DNA of 64,000 nucleotides from Macrostomum lignano (GCA_002269645.1 NIVC01000933.1:65841-129840); one strand, 5' to 3'. Counted from the stretch's first letter, positions 11,600 through 26,149 are shown. Notes: generated by a model not told the origin, from the sequence alone. Numbers and translations are program-made.

Positions 11600-12794
11600 A
11601 CTGAAGACCGCTAACAAACCACCCAAGCGCAAAGCCTACACTTTAATAGCAACATTTTTAAAATGTAGCATTTACGTTAAAACATAAATAGTAGTAGCAT
11701 GTAAATTGAAAATCATATTATTATAACACCTAGTCAACAACTAATAACTTTGCGTTAGCACTTTGCAGTGACAACGTGACAGTCTATAAAGATAATAGCT
11801 ATATCTATTTTTTATTTTTAACATATTGTACTTGTTTCGACAGTATATACGGATTGGGTTTAAACTAGCAAATCCTATGAATTATGATATTGGCAATGCA
11901 GCTATTGACTTTTCTTAAAGAGGCAACTGGATTAAAAAATCAAGACAATAAGGCCTCGTGCCGCGCAAATTTAATCACGGATAGTGTCGAGGGAAACAGG
12001 TAGCTAGTAAGCATTTTGATTTATTATTTTAATGGGCTCAAGCTTTTGAAAAACAATTGGCACTATAGAAGGATATTAAGTCGTTCGAATGCCTATGGAA
12101 ATTCAGTGACAGCCTAGAGGGAATGTTACCAATACTTTTTAATTTATTTAATTACGTCTTTAGGCGCTTGAAAAAAAGCAATCAAAAGCTGCTATATTCA
12201 GCTCAAATAAAAAGCAGAATACACAGCAGCTAGAAAATGAAAAAAGATTTTTCTGATTGACAAAAGAGAGTTTGTTCCATCTTAGATTATAGTGTGACAC
12301 AGTAATTCACTATAGTTACTCGGTATTAAGAGACGCGTAAGAACAAATAAAAGAAGAGGCAAAAGGCAAAAAGACCATACAAAAAGCCGCGTAACAGAAA
12401 CAAATAAAAGTTCAAGACACAAAAATAACCACAAATACAACCGTAATAAACAAGGAGTAAATTTTCAACAACTTAAATACAATGAGACTATTTAGCAACA
12501 TTTAAACAAAAACTTTAAATAGACCAATAATAAAGAGATTCCAAATAAAAGGAAACACTACGAGCTATGCTGTGACTAAATAAAAAATTGTAAAATGAAG
12601 TCAAAGGAAATCTAAGAATCGAATGAACTATTGCACTTTTGCTTGGAGATAACAAAAAATACGGAATATTGCAAGTTTAAGTGACAATATCTCTCGCTAA
12701 GTAACTTTCTATTGACCTGCACAGCTGATGAATGACTTCTGTTTAAAAGCAAATTTGTATTTCCGCGTTTAAAATCAAACTTTTTATGCACGTT

Positions 12795-15071
12795 TTACAG
12801 CTCGGACTTTTTCCGATCGGTCTGACCAACGGTCAGACAGTTGCCAGTAAGCTGCTGCCCCTTGTTCCGGCAGAGAAAGTCTTCAAGCTTCTGTCGGCTT
12901 GTCGGGTGCTTTAGAAACTCTTCGTAAAGTTCCTCTTCACCAATTTCGCCTCGGAATTGGTGGCACAGGTTCCGCATTCTGAGGAAGGAAAATGTTAATT
13001 AAACTCATAGCTCAGCTATACTTGTAGTTCAATTTGCCGTATTCAGCAATTGATTTCCTAAGAGCGTCACGTGATCTTTCAAGATTATGAAGTTTACTGT
13101 GTTCGGCGACGTGAAATTTCGTCTTTGCGATTTCTACGTCAACATGCCTGACAATGAGAAAGTCAGACTTGATGTAAACCTGACCATGCAATGACCAAGT
13201 GTACGTACCTGACAATGAGAAAGTCAGACTTGATGTACACATGACCAAGTGTACATGCCTGACAATGAGAAAGTCAAACTTGATGTACACATGACCAAGT
13301 GTACATGCCTGACAATGAGAAAGTCAGACTTGATGTACAACCTGACCAAGTGTACATGCTTGACAATGAGAAAGTCAGACTTGATGTACAACCTGACCAA
13401 TGACCAAGTGTACATGCCTGACAATGAGAAAGTCAGACTTGATGTACAACCTGACCAAGTGTACATGCTTGACAATGAGAAAGTCAGACTTGATGTACAA
13501 CCTAACCAATGACCAAGTGTACATGCCTGACAATGAGAAAGTCAGACTTGATGTACACCTGACCAATGACCAAGTGTACATGCCTGACAATGAGAAAGTC
13601 AGACTTGATGTACAACCTGACCAAGTGTACATGCTTGACAATGAGAAAGTCAGACTTGATGTACAACCTGACCAAGTGTACATGCCTGACAATGAGAAAA
13701 TCAGACTTGATGTTCAACCTGACCAAGTGTACATGCCTGACAATGAGAAAATCAGACTTGATGTACACCTGACCAATGACGATGTGTACATGCGTGACAA
13801 TGAGAAATTCAGAGCCAATGTACACTAAAGGGCGCCAGCACAGGGGCGTCAGCACCCAAGAGGCGCCAGTCTGGATATGAAGATCGAACTCGTTAATCTT
13901 ACCTGGCAGGCATTTTTCCACCACCCTGAATGATGCCAGGCTCGTCCTGTCTCAGATTCAGGCCTGGACCAACCATTCTCAGAGAGCCGCCTACCTCCTT
14001 TACAGCATAGCTGAAAGTCAACATTGTGAGTTAAGGAGTTTTTCATTTTGATACTTAAAACAAACAAAAAATCAAAGTGTTTTCACTTATATGCAAACAG
14101 AAACTCACTCATCATTCTTGGCACTGCAAACTCCTTCAAAAGCGTCTAGTAAATCCGACTCTTTTACTCTGCCCTGTGATTTGGCCTTGTATTTTTCATA
14201 TAGGTTGAAGAACTTTGTGTAGATCTGCAGGGTTGTTATGAGTGAGATGAATAAGGCAATTGAATGAATTGAAAATTAATGACCTAATCAAATCAAAACT
14301 AGCAGTTAGAAGTATTTGTTATTAAAGCTAAAAGAATATATTGAAGCAATTAGGTTGAGTTAACATCAAACTGAGTATTCTTTATTTTAATTTAAGTATC
14401 TGACCTAGCATATCCTAAATCAACATCTATAATTTGTTTTGATTTGTTGTTGCTTATAATTATGAGATAGGCCAGGTTTTATAAAGAGAATTAAGGTTAA
14501 AATATGAATTTATTTCTGACTAAGACTAATGTGGTTCTTCATACAAATAATATATTTTATATTAAAAATACATTTACAATATTACAATATGTAATCTCTA
14601 AGATCCTTAATTATACTATCTCTTTATCTTTATAAAATACTGATTTTAGCATGCTATAATATCAATAATTATTAGAATATATGGAAAATGTAAGAGGCAA
14701 TATGATTTAAGCAAAAAACAAATTAAAATGTCTGTCTCAAATCATGATATAATTATAATAGATACTAATTTCGAGATAAAAAATTAAACAAGTAGTGACA
14801 GCATCAGACTGGGTCTTACTTGATAAGAAACGGCTATGCAGCCATCACATTTCAAAGACTGGGGAAAGAAAAGTGACTCCTGCTCTTCTTCTGACAGTTG
14901 CGGTGTCTTGAAAGAAAATTTCTTTAGTCCGGGTGGCACATTTGTTGGGTCCATTCCCTCTGGAAGCTCATCTGGACTGACGTCACTTTCTTCCATTTCA
15001 CACATGACCATGGGTGCAAATAGGACTAAGCTTATCAGAATGACTTCAAAAGAAAAATTGATAAGTTCCAT
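12795..15071 (-). CDS. MZB1: MZB1/pERp1-like (Canopy/saposin-like) ER protein, 4 exons, 219 aa
   Basis: Exons 15071-14820, 14224-14109, 14010-13903, 12978-12795 join in frame (660 nt, all GT-AG). Signal peptide; PQLSEEEQES..P.SLKCDGCIAVSYQ; YAVKEV..MVGPGL; GEIGEEELYE; LEDFLC; C-terminal KSEL (KDEL-like). MZB1-like homologue, orthology not tested. Confidence 0.85.
13140..13825. repeat. ~51-bp minisatellite in intron 3 of the MZB1-like gene
   Basis: Unit GACCAAGTGTACATGCCTGACAATGAGAAAGTCAGACTTGATGTACAACCT with length variants. Confidence 0.95.
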
Positions 15072-16256
15072 TGTTAGAGACGTACGTTTCTTATAGCACG
15101 AAAAATTATGTGACTACGCAATAATTATCGAAAATACCAATACGCAGATTGGACTTAGGCTATTAAAGTTAATTTAATAGACAATTAAAATTACAAATTG
15201 AATCCCAATGAAGGGTCATTAGAGCTGGCAAAACGCTAGTGGACAGGCTTTAGTGTTGTGAAAATTTCATAAATAAATTAAAATAGAAACATTATTTTAA
15301 GCTCTTGAAACTTTGGGTTCATTATTGTAGCCTTCAGAAGGAAATAATACAATTGTTTTGTAAAACTTTGTTTTATATTTTAGGGAGATTAACAAATGAA
15401 CCCGAGAAAGTATATGAATGTATATGAAAATCATGATATTATATGATATTTTAGCTCAGCTCAGCCTCAGAGTAAATATTTGCAGCCTTTGTTACCTTGA
15501 TAATTTCAGCTTTAATACTTAGTCATCGAAGATTTTTTCAAAGTCTAATGAACAACCAATATCTTCGTAAAGAAAATACTACATTTGTGACTGTACATGC
15601 AATTTAACATATGTTTATTACTACTACGTACGATAGGCGATAGCTATTTATTAAATGTAGAGCCTACATGTAGATTCTGACGCCTTGACTTGTGCATTTG
15701 GTTGGGTTACTAGGTAACGGGTTTGTTGATAACGGGTCACAAGGTTGGAGGAACGAAAGCATTAATTGGTAAATCCCCCATAGCTTTTACTGGGGGGGAC
15801 AAGTTCCCCCCTCCCCCCCCCTGGTGGCGACGCCCCTGGTCCATCAACCAATTAATAGTTAAGGATGGTAGAAAATGCTTTACTACACTATCTACTACAT
15901 ATCCATGTACATATGTACGAGTACATGTACAGCTGTACACATGTACATGCACATGTAGCTACAGAAAAAACTGCACTGTACATGCACATGAATAAAATAG
16001 GATATTTTGAATATTTGATATACACATAAACTAACTATTGTAGCGTACGCACGGTATGCTAGCCCAACGTGTACGCCCGGGCGGTCTGATTGGCTGCAGA
16101 GCGGGGTGGGAACCGCCCACCCCAATTCTAGCTCTACGCTCATAAATATAGATGTGTGCCCAGCACGGCGAGAGTGTAAGAGTTTCGGCTACACAGCAAA
16201 CACGGCCTCTGTCCCAGTTACTACAATGGCGTCGCAAGAACCGAACCCTTGAAATC

Positions 16257-19200
16257 ATGACTCAGCAAATCACACTCACGCCACCCGGCCCGTTTACAAT
16301 CGATAGTGATTGCCACTCCACTGCATAGCGCTGGACTGCATGGACTCGTCGCTTCGCCACGTACCTCAATGCAGCTGGAATTACTGACAAGGTCCAAGGG
16401 CAGCAGCTGCTGCTGTACGCCGCAGGAGAGGAGCTGCAGGCTGTTGTCGAAGAGAACGCGATTGTCTCTGGAGAGGACCACAACAGCGTCGCGGAAAACA
16501 TCCAGGCGTACTGGGACGGAAAAAAAAAACATTGTGTTCCTGCGTTTCAAGTTTGAGACCTGCAGACGACAGCAGCCTGGCGAGCCGATCGACCAGTGGT
16601 ATCAGCGTCTGCGCAAGGCGGCGGAGCCGTGCGAGTTCGGGACCCTCATAGAGACTCGCTGATCCGGGACAAAATCGTCGCCTATTGCGAGTCCGAGAGA
16701 CTTAGGAGAGACTTCTTGCAGACCAACAACATCTCCCTGGCGAGGGCGAAAGAAGCCGCGGAGCAGCAGACCACCGCTATGGAGAGCGACAGACCCGGAG
16801 AACCGCAGCAGCTCGCAGCAGTCAGAAGAGACTGACAGCCGCCAAGACCACAGGCACCGACGCAGCGCGTATCCTGCGATCGCTGCGGCAGATCGGGGCA
16901 CCCTACGTGCACCGCAGCGCAGGGCAAGAGCTGCAGAAAGTGCGGGAAGCCGGGCCACTTCGCACGAGCCTGCAGATCCAGGCAGGACGCCCCGCAGAGC
17001 GGCGCCAACGCCGTCGCAACGCTGCAAGGCGGGACCAGCTACCAGAAGGTGGACGACCCGGACTCCGGCGTATTCGAAGTCGACCAGGGTGAGCAGTCGG
17101 CCCACACAGTAGCCGAGATCAACGGCTCTAGACTCTCGGTGTTGATTGACAGCGGCGCGGCTCGAAATGTAATCAACCGGGCCCCGTTCGAGAGCCTGAG
17201 ACAGCGGCCACCTGCAGACCACCTCGGACAGGCTGTTCGCGTACGGGTCGGACCAGCCGATGCATCTGCTGGGCAAGGCGGCGATGGCTGTCCGCATTTT
17301 CGGTCGGCAGGCAGTCGCCACGTTCCAAGTTGTCGAAGGGAGAGCCATCACCATCATCGGCAGGCAGATAGCCACTCAGATGGACATCCTGCGTGTAGGA
17401 CCACCACCGACTGCCGGCCAGCAGGTGCTGCAGGTCGCTGAAGCGGAGGCGGCGGTCGACACCCTCCTCAGCGGCACGAGATCCAGCGGAATACCTCAAG
17501 AACACGTAGAGTACATTGGCAGGGTACTGCGCAAGCACGCCAGCGTGCTCAGCGGCATTGACTGCTTCACCGCGGGCCGCCTGTCGACATCCACCTCACC
17601 GACTGGCAGTGGGGCGCCGACCAGGCCAGAGCCTTTAAGCAGCTGAAGCGCAGCATCGCGGAGCCGACAACGCTAGCTTTCTACGACAAGCGGCTGAGCA
17701 CGCAGCTGATCGTGGACGCGGGGCCGACCGGACTGGGCGCCATCCTGGCACAGGTGCAGCGCGACGGCAGCTCGAGGCCGGTCGCATACGCCAGCCGAAC
17801 CCTATCCGACGTCGAGCGGCGATACTCGCAAACCGAGAAGGGGGCACTGGCCGTGAAGTTCGGCTGCCTGAAGTTCGAGTACTACCTGCATGGATCGCCC
17901 GAGTTCAGTGTGGTCTCCGATCACAAGCCGCTGACGGCCATGTTCGCGCCTGGGTCGCGGACGCCTCCACGAGTCGAGCGAATGGCGCTGAGGATCCAGC
18001 ACCTAGTGTTCAAGGTCGAGTATCAGCCGGGAGCCTCCAATGCTGCAGACGTGCTCAGCAGGCAACCCCTAAGCGCGCATGGTGGAAGTTTTGGCGAACA
18101 GCGGAGGGAGGCCTATATCAACGGGATGGCGCAGGCGGCTGTGCCGATGGCGCTGACGCTCAAGGACATCCGCAAGAGCTCTGCCAGCGACCCAGTCATC
18201 CGGGCGGCGATAGCGGCGACGCAAGGCGGCCGGTGGGATCGCTCGAACGCCGAGATACGTTCACTCCACGCGCTGCAGGGTCCTCCTTCGGCACCAGCGA
18301 ATCGTTGTGCCAGCTGAGTTGCAGCAGCCAGATGCTCGAACTGGCGCACCAAGGACACCAGTGCTCACAGAAGACGATCGCGAGGCTCGCCATGAAGGTC
18401 TGGTGGCCGAGGATGGCAACTCAAGTGGAGTAATTCGTCAGTCGATGCCGCAGCTGCGCCGTCACGTCGCACACCAGCCGTCCGGGCGATGCCTCTGCAG
18501 CCGACGCCGATCCCCGCGGGCGCCTGGCTGTCGATCGGCGCCGATTTCGTGGGACCCATCAACAACAACATGCTGCTGGTGCTCGTGGACCGCTATTCGA
18601 GGTTCCCGGAGGTGCAGCTCATGCAGACGACGACGGCTGAGGCACTGTTTCCCCGCCTACCTACGGGAGATGTTCGCTCGCTTCGGGATCCCGCAGGAGC
18701 TCGTGACAGACAATGGACCGCCCTTCTCGTCCAAGGAGTTCGGCCGGTTCCTGGCGAGCTACGGGATCAAGCACCGCCTCATCATGCCCTACTAGCCAGC
18801 GGCCAACGGCATTACGGAGCGGCTGAACCGCTCCATCAACAAAGTCGTGCGCACAGCCATCGAGGAGCGGCGGGCACGGACTACTTAAGTAAACGACAAT
18901 TAAGTAGTCCGTGGCGGCGGGACTGGAAAGATGCTCTGGAAGAGTGGCTGCTGGCCTACAAGAACACGCCGCACACGGCTGCCGGGCGCGCACCAGCCGA
19001 GCTGCCGATGGGCCGGCGGCCAAACGACGTCATTCCCGCCGCCCGGCCGTCCCAGCGAGTCCGCATCAACGAGCAGCGGCTGAGAGACGCGGACGCCGGC
19101 GCCAAGGCGGCGATGAAGCAGCACGCAGACGCAAAAAGGCGACCACGGCGGCACGACGTCCAGGTCGGCGACTCGGTGCTACGACGGCGGGTCGGTGCCA

Positions 19201-19472
19201 GCAAGACGCAGACGCCGTTCGAGAGCGGTGCCTGGACGGTCCAGCGGGTGGCCGGCAACTCGCTGCTGCTACGCCGGGATGGCACAACCTGCTGGCGGCA
19301 CTGCACGGCGGTCAAGGTCGTCAGCCCCGGCTTGGCCGACGCCGTCGCCCAGCCGCAAACCACTGCACCGAGAGCTCCAGGCGAGGCCAACCGAGACCCA
19401 CCCGCCTCCCCGGTGGCGCTGCGCCCGCACCCCCGCGCTGCTCGGGGCGGCGTGAAAATCTACAAGGACTGA
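16257..19472 (+). pseudogene. Disrupted gag-pol of the Gypsy element
   Basis: Gag with premature stop and two zinc knuckles (CDRCGRSGH..C, CRKCGKPGHFARAC); protease LIDSGA; RNase H VDAGPTGLGAIL..YASRTLS..ERRYSQTEK; integrase HQGH, ADFVGP, TDNGPPF, NGITER; several frameshifts; RT core absent. Confidence 0.9.
18875..18913. mobile_element. 39-bp hairpin insertion with 8-bp TSD (P-like mini-element or excision footprint)
   Basis: GCGGCGGG-[CACGGACTACTTAA gtaaacgacaa TTAAGTAGTCCGTG]-GCGGCGGG; removing 47 nt restores integrase frame ...AIEERR-DWKDALEEW. Confidence 0.9.
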
Positions 19473-19894
19473 ATTTTGAATCCAGTGACTGAAATTAACT
19501 GACTCTTTCCTGAAATATGCGGACTAACGTTTTTTTAAATATTTTCGCTGTTGCATTCGATTCAAGTCTTTTATTTCTTCAATGTTTAAATCTCCGTTTT
19601 TAATGCGCATCATCGGTGTTTCGAGTTTTGTATTTTCGAGTTTTGTATTTTCAAGTTACGTTTAAATCGATTTTAACCCCACCCCAATTCTAGCTCTACG
19701 CTCGTAAATATAGATGTGTGCCCAGCGCGGCGAGAGTGTAAGAGTTTCGGCTACACAGCAAACACGGCCTCTGTCCCATGCAGTTACTACAACTATAAGG
19801 TCTATAAACTAATAAAGTAAATCCATGTGTGGCTGTCACAAACAAACTGTCACCCCAAGGCTTGCTGATCCACATGCAGCCTCCTTTGTTGCAC

Positions 19895-20225
19895 TGCCCA
19901 AAGCCTCTCCAGTCCCCCACAGCCTCCCTATCACCCCACAGTCTCACCAATTACACCACAGTCTCCCAGTCACTCCACAGTCCCTCTATCACCCCACAGC
20001 CTCCCCAGTTACCCCACAGTCCCCCTATCATCGAACAGCCTCTCCAATCACATAAAAGTCTCTCCAATAACCCCACAGCCAGCCCCCACAATCACCCACA
20101 GCCTCTCCAATCACCTCACAGCCTCCACATCACCCACAGCCTCTCCAATCACCTCACAGCCTCCACAACCACCCACAGCCTCCTCAATCACCCCGACAGT
20201 CGCCCCTAAGACCGCACAGCCTCCT
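19895..20225. repeat. Degenerate C/A-rich ~19-20-bp tandem repeat
   Basis: Units like ACCCCACAGCCTCTCCAATC. Confidence 0.8.
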
Positions 20226-20901
20226 ATAGAATTTTGTACAGGACAGCACTAAACAACCCTTATGTATTTTTACATGCATCATTCAAACTTTCATTAATTC
20301 AACCAATGCAAGATGTTGCGCATGTATCCTTAAATGTATCCTTAAACGATAGTTTACGCGAGAATTTATTAGCTGAAAATTTCACAAGAATCATACTTTA
20401 AATATAAGCTACATTTAGTTATTACTATTTATACAAACTGGTCAGTTACACAACCAATTTATTAACACACTGCAGTCCGATGAGTTTAATAGATTAAAAC
20501 TCACACATTTCGCAAAAGTATAGCCACGTTAACACATGCTGTCAGCTCCTACTTATTGTAAGCGACCCACTTCCTGTGGCAACAAACACTTCTGGCCATT
20601 TCAAAGCGGCGTTCAGTGCCGAAGCAGGAAACTCTCATTTGCCTGTATTATTCACGTTGCAGCCAAAGTCAAAACCCACCACGCTTTCATTCTGCAATGC
20701 GGATTGGCTTGGAAGCAGGACACGAAAATTCTGTGAAGAGGTGGGCGGGCAGAAACGATTCACTTCAATCAAGTTGTCAAAGGTAGATAAGTATGAATAT
20801 AAATTTACTAGCCGTAATTTAAACTTCATTCAAAGCCGTTCAGCAAATTGAGACTGTATTATAGTTTTTGTTAAGCAATTCCAATTAGTAATTTACAAAA
20901 A

Positions 20902-21807
20902 ATGTCTGCCGAATTCCAAGTGGGTCTTCTTGGTTGCTTCAACGATTGCGGTAATAATCTTATTAACTATTTTACAAGTATGATTTCTTAGAAATAATCT
21001 CATTCAACTAAGCCATTCGGAAGAAGAAATCTATATACACAGAATGTTTTGTTTAATTGCACACATTCACGTAGATTAAGACTGGGGGCTGCGATTGAGG
21101 TGGTTTAGCTGCAATGTACGCACTCGCGTTAATAGTTAATTGCTCGCGTAGATTTAGTCTAGGGCTGTGATTAAAGTGGTTGAACTGCAATGTACATACT
21201 CGGGCTAGTCAATTGTTCGCGTAGATTAAGACCATGGGGGACTTTGATTGAAGTGGTTTAGCTGCAATGTACGCAATCGCGCTAATAGTTAATTGCTCGC
21301 GTAGATTTAGTCCAGGGCTGTGATTGAAGTGGTTTAGCTGCAATTTACGCACTTGCGCTAGTCAATTGTTCGCGTAGATTAAGACCATGGGGGACTTTGA
21401 TTGAAGTGGTTTAGCTGCAATGTACGCACTCGCGCTAGTCAATTGTTCGCGTAAAGTAAGGTCCGAAAGCTGGTTTGAACTGTCATGCACACTCGCACAG
21501 ACCCGTTTTTTACTCGCTCATTGTAGGCCTTTGCGTCCTGACCTACTTTGTTCCTTGCTATACTTTCGGCAAGAACGCGGAAGCCGTTGGGGAGAACTGC
21601 ATCCTGTGCGGCTTCGGGATCTGCTGCGGTCTAAGCTTCATTCTGGGTCCGATCGTGCGCGGAAAAATTCGCGAGAAGCAAAATATTCCTGGCAGCTTCA
21701 TCACTGACTATTGCATCTGGTTTTTCTGCGCATTCTGCGCCTTGGTGCAGGAGGCTCAGGAGGTAAAAAGCTTCGGCGGATACGGCATGGCTGTCGAGAG
21801 AGAGTAA
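20902..21807 (+). CDS. PLAC8/cornifelin-family Cys-rich protein, paralog 1 (109 aa)
   Basis: Exons 20902-20950 and 21527-21807; GLLGCFNDCGLCVLTYFVPCYTFGKNAE...RGKIREKQNIPGS...DYC...CAFCALVQEAQEV. Confidence 0.92.
21065..21455. repeat. ~75-78-bp minisatellite (~5 copies, alternating subtypes) in PLAC8-1 intron
   Basis: Recurring GTAGATT...GTGGTTTAGCTGCAATGTACGCACTCGCG. Confidence 0.85.
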
Positions 21808-22084
21808 AATTAAGCGGCAATCGTTTATAACTGCAACTAATAATATGACACACAGTTAATATTTCATTATTATGCTACTGTTTCTATAAAAGAAGTAGTG
21901 CAGGTTGTGTTTAAGCAAAAAATCTATAAAAATTTCACAAATAAACACATCTAATAATGACACGAATCGATGCAAAAAAGCATTGAAACCGAGTTTCTCA
22001 ATACTAATTAAATTACAGCGACTTTTTCAAATTGTGGCCATTGGGACAGCAGCGATACTCTAATTTGCGAATTATTGTACTCGG

Positions 22085-22380
22085 CGCCCGCCAAGAGACA
22101 AATGGGCCCCACCAAGAGACAGGGGCGCCCACCAAGACACAGGGGCGCCCACCGAGAGACAGGGGCGCCCACCAAGAGACAGGGGCACCCACCAAGACAC
22201 AGGGGCACCCAACAAGAGACAGGAGCACCCAACAAGAGACAGGAGCACCCAACAAAAGACAGGGACGCCCACCAAGAGACAGGTTCCACCCACCAAGAAA
22301 CAGGGACGCCCACCAAGACACAGGGGCGCCCACCAAGACACATGGGCGTCCACCAAGACACAGGGGCACCCACCAAGACC
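22085..22380. repeat. 20-bp tandem repeat (CACCAAGAGACAGGGGCGCC)n
   Basis: Direct reading. Confidence 0.9.
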
Positions 22381-22579
22381 CCATCCTGTCAGCACACAGG
22401 CAAGCCAGTCTCTGCCAAATACCCACCTTTATCTTGGCAAAGAGTCACTCTACGCTTTGGTTAAAGAATTTTGCTACATAATTAGAAGAGACATGAGTAA
22501 CAGCAGCGGAGACGAAATTTAATTGTGTTGCTGACTGACTGTACACTAAATGTGCATTAGTAGCTGACTCCACTCCAGA

Positions 22580-24201
<1,622 letters not shown>

Positions 24202-24476
24202 TGATATGTAGTTAAGCCCAGATCTCTGGTTAAGATCTCCATGCCCAGTTCAATGCTGGGCCAGCTCGATGGCACACGCCACCTCTTCATTACAGAAAGA
24301 AAGCAAAATTCTAAACGGGGCTTTCAGAGGCGGCCTGCATGCAGAGTCGCAGGGTTTGAGTCAGGTGAGTAAGGGACCTGACTGAGATTGTATAATATTC
24401 AAGCTCGGTTAGCCCAGGCGCTCAAAGCAGTTTAAAATTTCGACAGCCGTAAGTTTCTCGCATCTGTCTCGCAGAC

Positions 24477-25469
24477 ATGAATGTGCCGACAAAAGAGTTT
24501 CAGCACGGCCTGTGCGGCTGCCTGGATGACTGCTGTAAGCTCGCACATTTACCTGCAGATTTCTAGACACATTAAGGTATCTAGATTGATGTCTAGATAC
24601 AATTAGATATATAGATTGGTGTCTAGATGCACAATTAGATATATAGATCGGTGTCTAGATGCACAATTAGATATATAGATTGGTGTCTAGATGCACAATT
24701 AGATATATAGATTGGTGTCTAGATGCACAATTAGATATATAGATTGGTGTCTAGATGCACAATTAGATATATAGATTGGTGTCTAGATGCACAATTAGAT
24801 ATATAGATCGGTGTCTAGATGCACAATCAGATATATAGATCGGTGTCTAGATGCACAATTAGATATATAGATCGGTGTCTAGATGCACAATTAGATATAT
24901 AGATTGGTGTCTAGATGCACAATTAGATATATAGATTGGTGTCTAGATGCACAATTAGATATATAGATTGGTGTCTAGATGCACAATTAGATATATAGAT
25001 TGGTGTCTAGATGCACAATTAGATATATAGATTAGTTCTCTAGATAGATTCCCAATTACGAGTACAGGTAAATGCCTGGCTTTATGCCTAGTTGAATGTC
25101 TAGACATAGAGATAAATGCATGTAGATTTCTATTATTAGCTACATGTAGATCTAAAAACATCCCTAAAGCAACCGCACCCCAATGCAGCCCTCTGCATCA
25201 TCACCTATTTCTGCCCCTGCTACACCTTCGGCCGCAACGCTGAGGCTGTTGGCAGCAGCTGCTGCCTCTGTGGCGTCGGCCTCATTCTCGGCTTCGGCTG
25301 CATCATCGGGCCGATGATTCGCGGAAAAATTCGCGAGCGTCAGGGCATCGATGGCAGCTTCTGCAAGGACTGGTGCATCTGGCTCTTCTGCGGCTTCTGC
25401 GCTCTCGTGCAGGAGGCTCAGGAGGTCAAATCCTTCGCCATCAGGGCTCAAAGCATCGAGCGAGAATGA
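24477..25469 (+). CDS. PLAC8/cornifelin-family Cys-rich protein, paralog 2 (112 aa)
   Basis: Exons 24477-24534 and 25189-25469; FQHGLCGCLDDCSLCIITYFCPCYTFGRNAE...RGKIRERQGIDGS...CGFCALVQEAQEV; same intron position and phase as paralog 1. Confidence 0.92.
24575..25030. repeat. 32-bp minisatellite in PLAC8-2 intron
   Basis: Unit AGATATATAGATTGGTGTCTAGATGCACAATT. Confidence 0.95.
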
Positions 25470-26149
25470 GCGGACATTTAGTGAAAAAAACTCCCTGCTT
25501 CATTTTAATTGAAAAGTTTATATGAAATTTAAATTCGCGCCAAACTGATGATCTAGCTAGAGAACTTCCTTTCCTTAAGTTTGCGTTGCGCGAATTCAAA
25601 CTATAAATCATTAATATGTTTACTGGGAAGCCTTTTATTAAGTGACCAACTTTATTTCACCCATTACTGTACGTCTATTTTTTATAGCAAGTTCATGCAT
25701 TATTATTAAAATAATAATTATTACAATATTATTTGTTAAAATACTGAGGATAGCGACTGTTTTAGGTTGAAATGTATAGTAATCAAAAGCGTGATTTTTA
25801 GCCTTTAGCCTTTAGAACGATATTGAAACGGTTCAATATCCAATTATTATTCTCAATTTAATGATAAATGCTTGTTTAAAAAGCAACTGTTGTAGCTGTT
25901 CGTATTTCTTGAACTAAAAGTGTTTTGCCATCAGTAATGGACACATTATATAGGCTATACCGTATTGCAAAAGTTTGTTTCATACCTGTCCTTGAGAGGC
26001 AAATAACACCATTTTTGATTCTATAATAATGCTTTTCAATTCTCAATCTTTTATCAGCTGATTGTCAGGGGGGAAATTTAATGATCAATTATAGCTATAT
26101 CAGTATCAATTAGGTCGACTACCTTTCGTTAAATTTGTGTCTATCAGTC

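Larger units (their letters stand above)
16039..19791 (+). mobile_element. Ty3/Gypsy LTR retrotransposon, RT-deleted, degenerate
   Basis: 5' LTR 16039-16225 (TGTAG...CTACA); 5'-truncated 3' LTR ~19679-19791; 5-bp TSD ACTAT (16034-16038 / 19792-19796); PBS-like TGGCGTCGC at 16227; domain order gag, protease, RNase H, integrase. Confidence 0.93.

Noticed and set aside
24449-24474. 26-nt GT-AG micro-intron in the PLAC8-2 5' UTR
   Set aside because: A stronger donor (CAG|GTGAGT, 24365) can use the same acceptor, giving an ordinary 110-nt intron.
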